A stretch of DNA of 64,000 bases from Camelus dromedarius (lineage: Eukaryota), in the NCBI RefSeq assembly GCF_036321535.1, contig NC_087437.1, positions 88,042,001-88,106,000 of the forward strand, in the 5' to 3' direction. The position numbers were made by a program, and so were the translations under genes. The notes below the pieces were generated by a model. It did not search any database, was not told where the DNA came from, and saw only the letters and a program-made list of their open reading frames with translations. Below are positions 62,340 to 64,000 of this stretch, in pieces. The number at the start of each line of letters is the position of its first letter. Positions within the stretch are counted from its first letter, which is position 1.

Positions 62340-62810
62340 TGCAGGCCGTTGGCGTCCAACCCACATCCCCTGTGTAATTATGTTTCCCATACAGACTAAT
62401 AGCTTCTTCTTCCAAGCGCTGTGACCCTTAGCTAGAGAGTGTCTTGGATCTCAGGAGGGTGCTTGGCCATACATGGGGACGACTGGAATGTCCAGGGAGC
62501 TAATGACTGCGGAAACTGCCCTTAGCCAGTGAGGGGCTGGAGCTGGTGGGCAAACACCCAGCTTTTCTGCTTTGTGAATGGGACAAGTCTGAGGCCTGCT
62601 TTATGGCTCCCAGAAGGGCCCAGTGGGATTTAGCCTCATTGTCCAAAGTGATAACCTGTTCCTTAATATGTCCTGTCCTGACTTTCTTCCTCTCCCTGTC
62701 TCACTTCTGCTTTTCCTTATTGGTGCTATTTGTAGTCAGCATCAAAATAAAATATTTGTACTCAAACCCTTGGCTCAGGGTCTGATTCTGGGAAAATCCA
62801 GCCTAAAATG
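62340..62810 (+). mobile_element. LTR16-like ERVL LTR
   Basis: ccagcttttctgctttg..tgggacaagtctgagg...aaataaaatatttgtactcaaaccct.ggctcagggtctg.ttctgggaaaatccagcctaa. Confidence 0.75.
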
Positions 62811-63395
62811 ATTTTGATATGTTCCCTTTAGAGAGGATCAGTATCTTAGCCCTCTCTCAACTCCCATCAGTCTTTCTAACCATGGTAACATTACCACTTG
62901 TTTATCTCAGAATCCTTACTGATGCATCTTTTTTTTTTTTTGCCTCTTTATAATGTTTCTTCTTTATTTTTTTGGTAGTGATCATATAAACAACAGTAAA
63001 TGTTATTAATTGTTCATTTCTGTTCTTTCTGGAATGTTTCTTCCAAAAGTGTTTGTGTGATAAAACTTCTGAGACTTGTATTCTTTAGAGCGTCTTCACC
63101 TTACCCTCACATCTAAATGATCACCTAGATATAAAATTCTAATTCAGAGTTCCTTGAGCACTTTCAGATGCATGCTCTGTGGTCCCCTTGCCTCTGCTGT
63201 TGCTGTTGAGAAGCCTGATGTCATTTTAATTCTTGTTCTATTGTAGATGTCTTGGTGCATCTCTCTGAAACCTTTTAGAGTATTTTTTCCTTGTACACAT
63301 TTTATTTTTTACAATAAATGAAAGAGCAAATCATCCATATACTATATTGTTAACATATACATACAATATTTGGCATTTAAAAATGATCTATCCTT

Positions 63396-64000
63396 CAGTG
63401 GAACAGATTAGAGAGCCCAGAAATAAACCCACACACTTACGGCAAATTAATCTATGACAAAGAAGGCAAGAATATACAATGGAGAAAAGACAGCCTCTTC
63501 AGTAAGTGGTGCTGGGAAATCTGGACAGCCACATGTAAAAGAATTCAACTAGAACACTGTCTAGTATTATATACAAAAATAGACTCAAAATGGATTAAAG
63601 ACCTAAATGTAAGGCCAGATACTATGAAACTCCTAGAGGAAAACATAGATAGAACACTCTTTGACATAAATCACAGCAACATATTTTTTGTTCTGTCCTC
63701 TAAAGCAAAGGAAACAAGACCAAAAATAAACAAATGAGATCTAATTAAACCTAAAAACTTTTGCACAGTAAAGGAAACCACTGACAAAACGAAAAGACAA
63801 CCTACGGACTAGGAGAAAATATTTGCAAGTGATATGATAAGGGGTTAATATCCAACATTTGTAAACAGCTCACAACTTAACATCAAAAAAAAAAAAACTG
63901 ATTAAAAAATGAGCAGAAGACCTGAATAGACAGTTTTCCAAAGAGGACATGCAGATGGCCAACAGGCACATGAAAAGATGCTCAACGTTGCTAATTATCA
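63396..64000 (+). mobile_element. LINE-1 ORF2 3' region (continues beyond the window)
   Basis: cagtggaacaga.tagagagcccagaaataaaccc...agtaagtggtgctgggaaa...catgaaaagatgctcaac, homologous to ~4495-5100. Confidence 0.92.

Noticed and set aside
1..64000. CRISPR arrays, prokaryotic operons or defence systems, tRNA/rRNA genes
   Set aside because: Sequence is clearly mammalian; no repeat-spacer periodicity or structural RNA gene was recognised.

Overview
Mammalian genomic DNA, not prokaryotic. A camelid origin is likely but inferred, based on the style of the young L1 3' ends and the absence of recognisable Alu, Bov-tA, CHR or PRE-1 SINEs. The window holds the head-to-head gene pair ZNF654 and CGGBP1 around a CpG-island bidirectional promoter (~34.2-35.7 kb). 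ZNF654 is on the minus strand, with coding exon 1 at 34422-34613, exon 2 at 11145-11290, a 23-kb intron 1, and later exons apparently left of the window. CGGBP1 is on the plus strand, with non-coding 5' exons, a single-exon 167-aa CDS at 37877-38380 and a ~3.5-kb 3'UTR. The rest is intronic or intergenic and repeat-rich: L1 of several ages (one with an intact 14-bp TSD), L2, MIR, CR1, hAT and Tigger MITEs, MaLR/ERVL/ERV1 LTRs and decayed ERV1 and ERVL internal regions. Almost all other track ORFs are repeat remnants or noise. I found no clearly new biological system. The best leads are (1) an FMR1-like CGG repeat with a near-cognate ACG poly-glycine frame and uORFs in the 5' leader of CGGBP1 itself, (2) a 48-bp locally templated insertion in a hairpin-forming site in ZNF654 intron 1, and (3) a candidate dual/recursive splice site in the last CGGBP1 intron. 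Repeat subfamily names come from visual recall and need RepeatMasker/Dfam confirmation.
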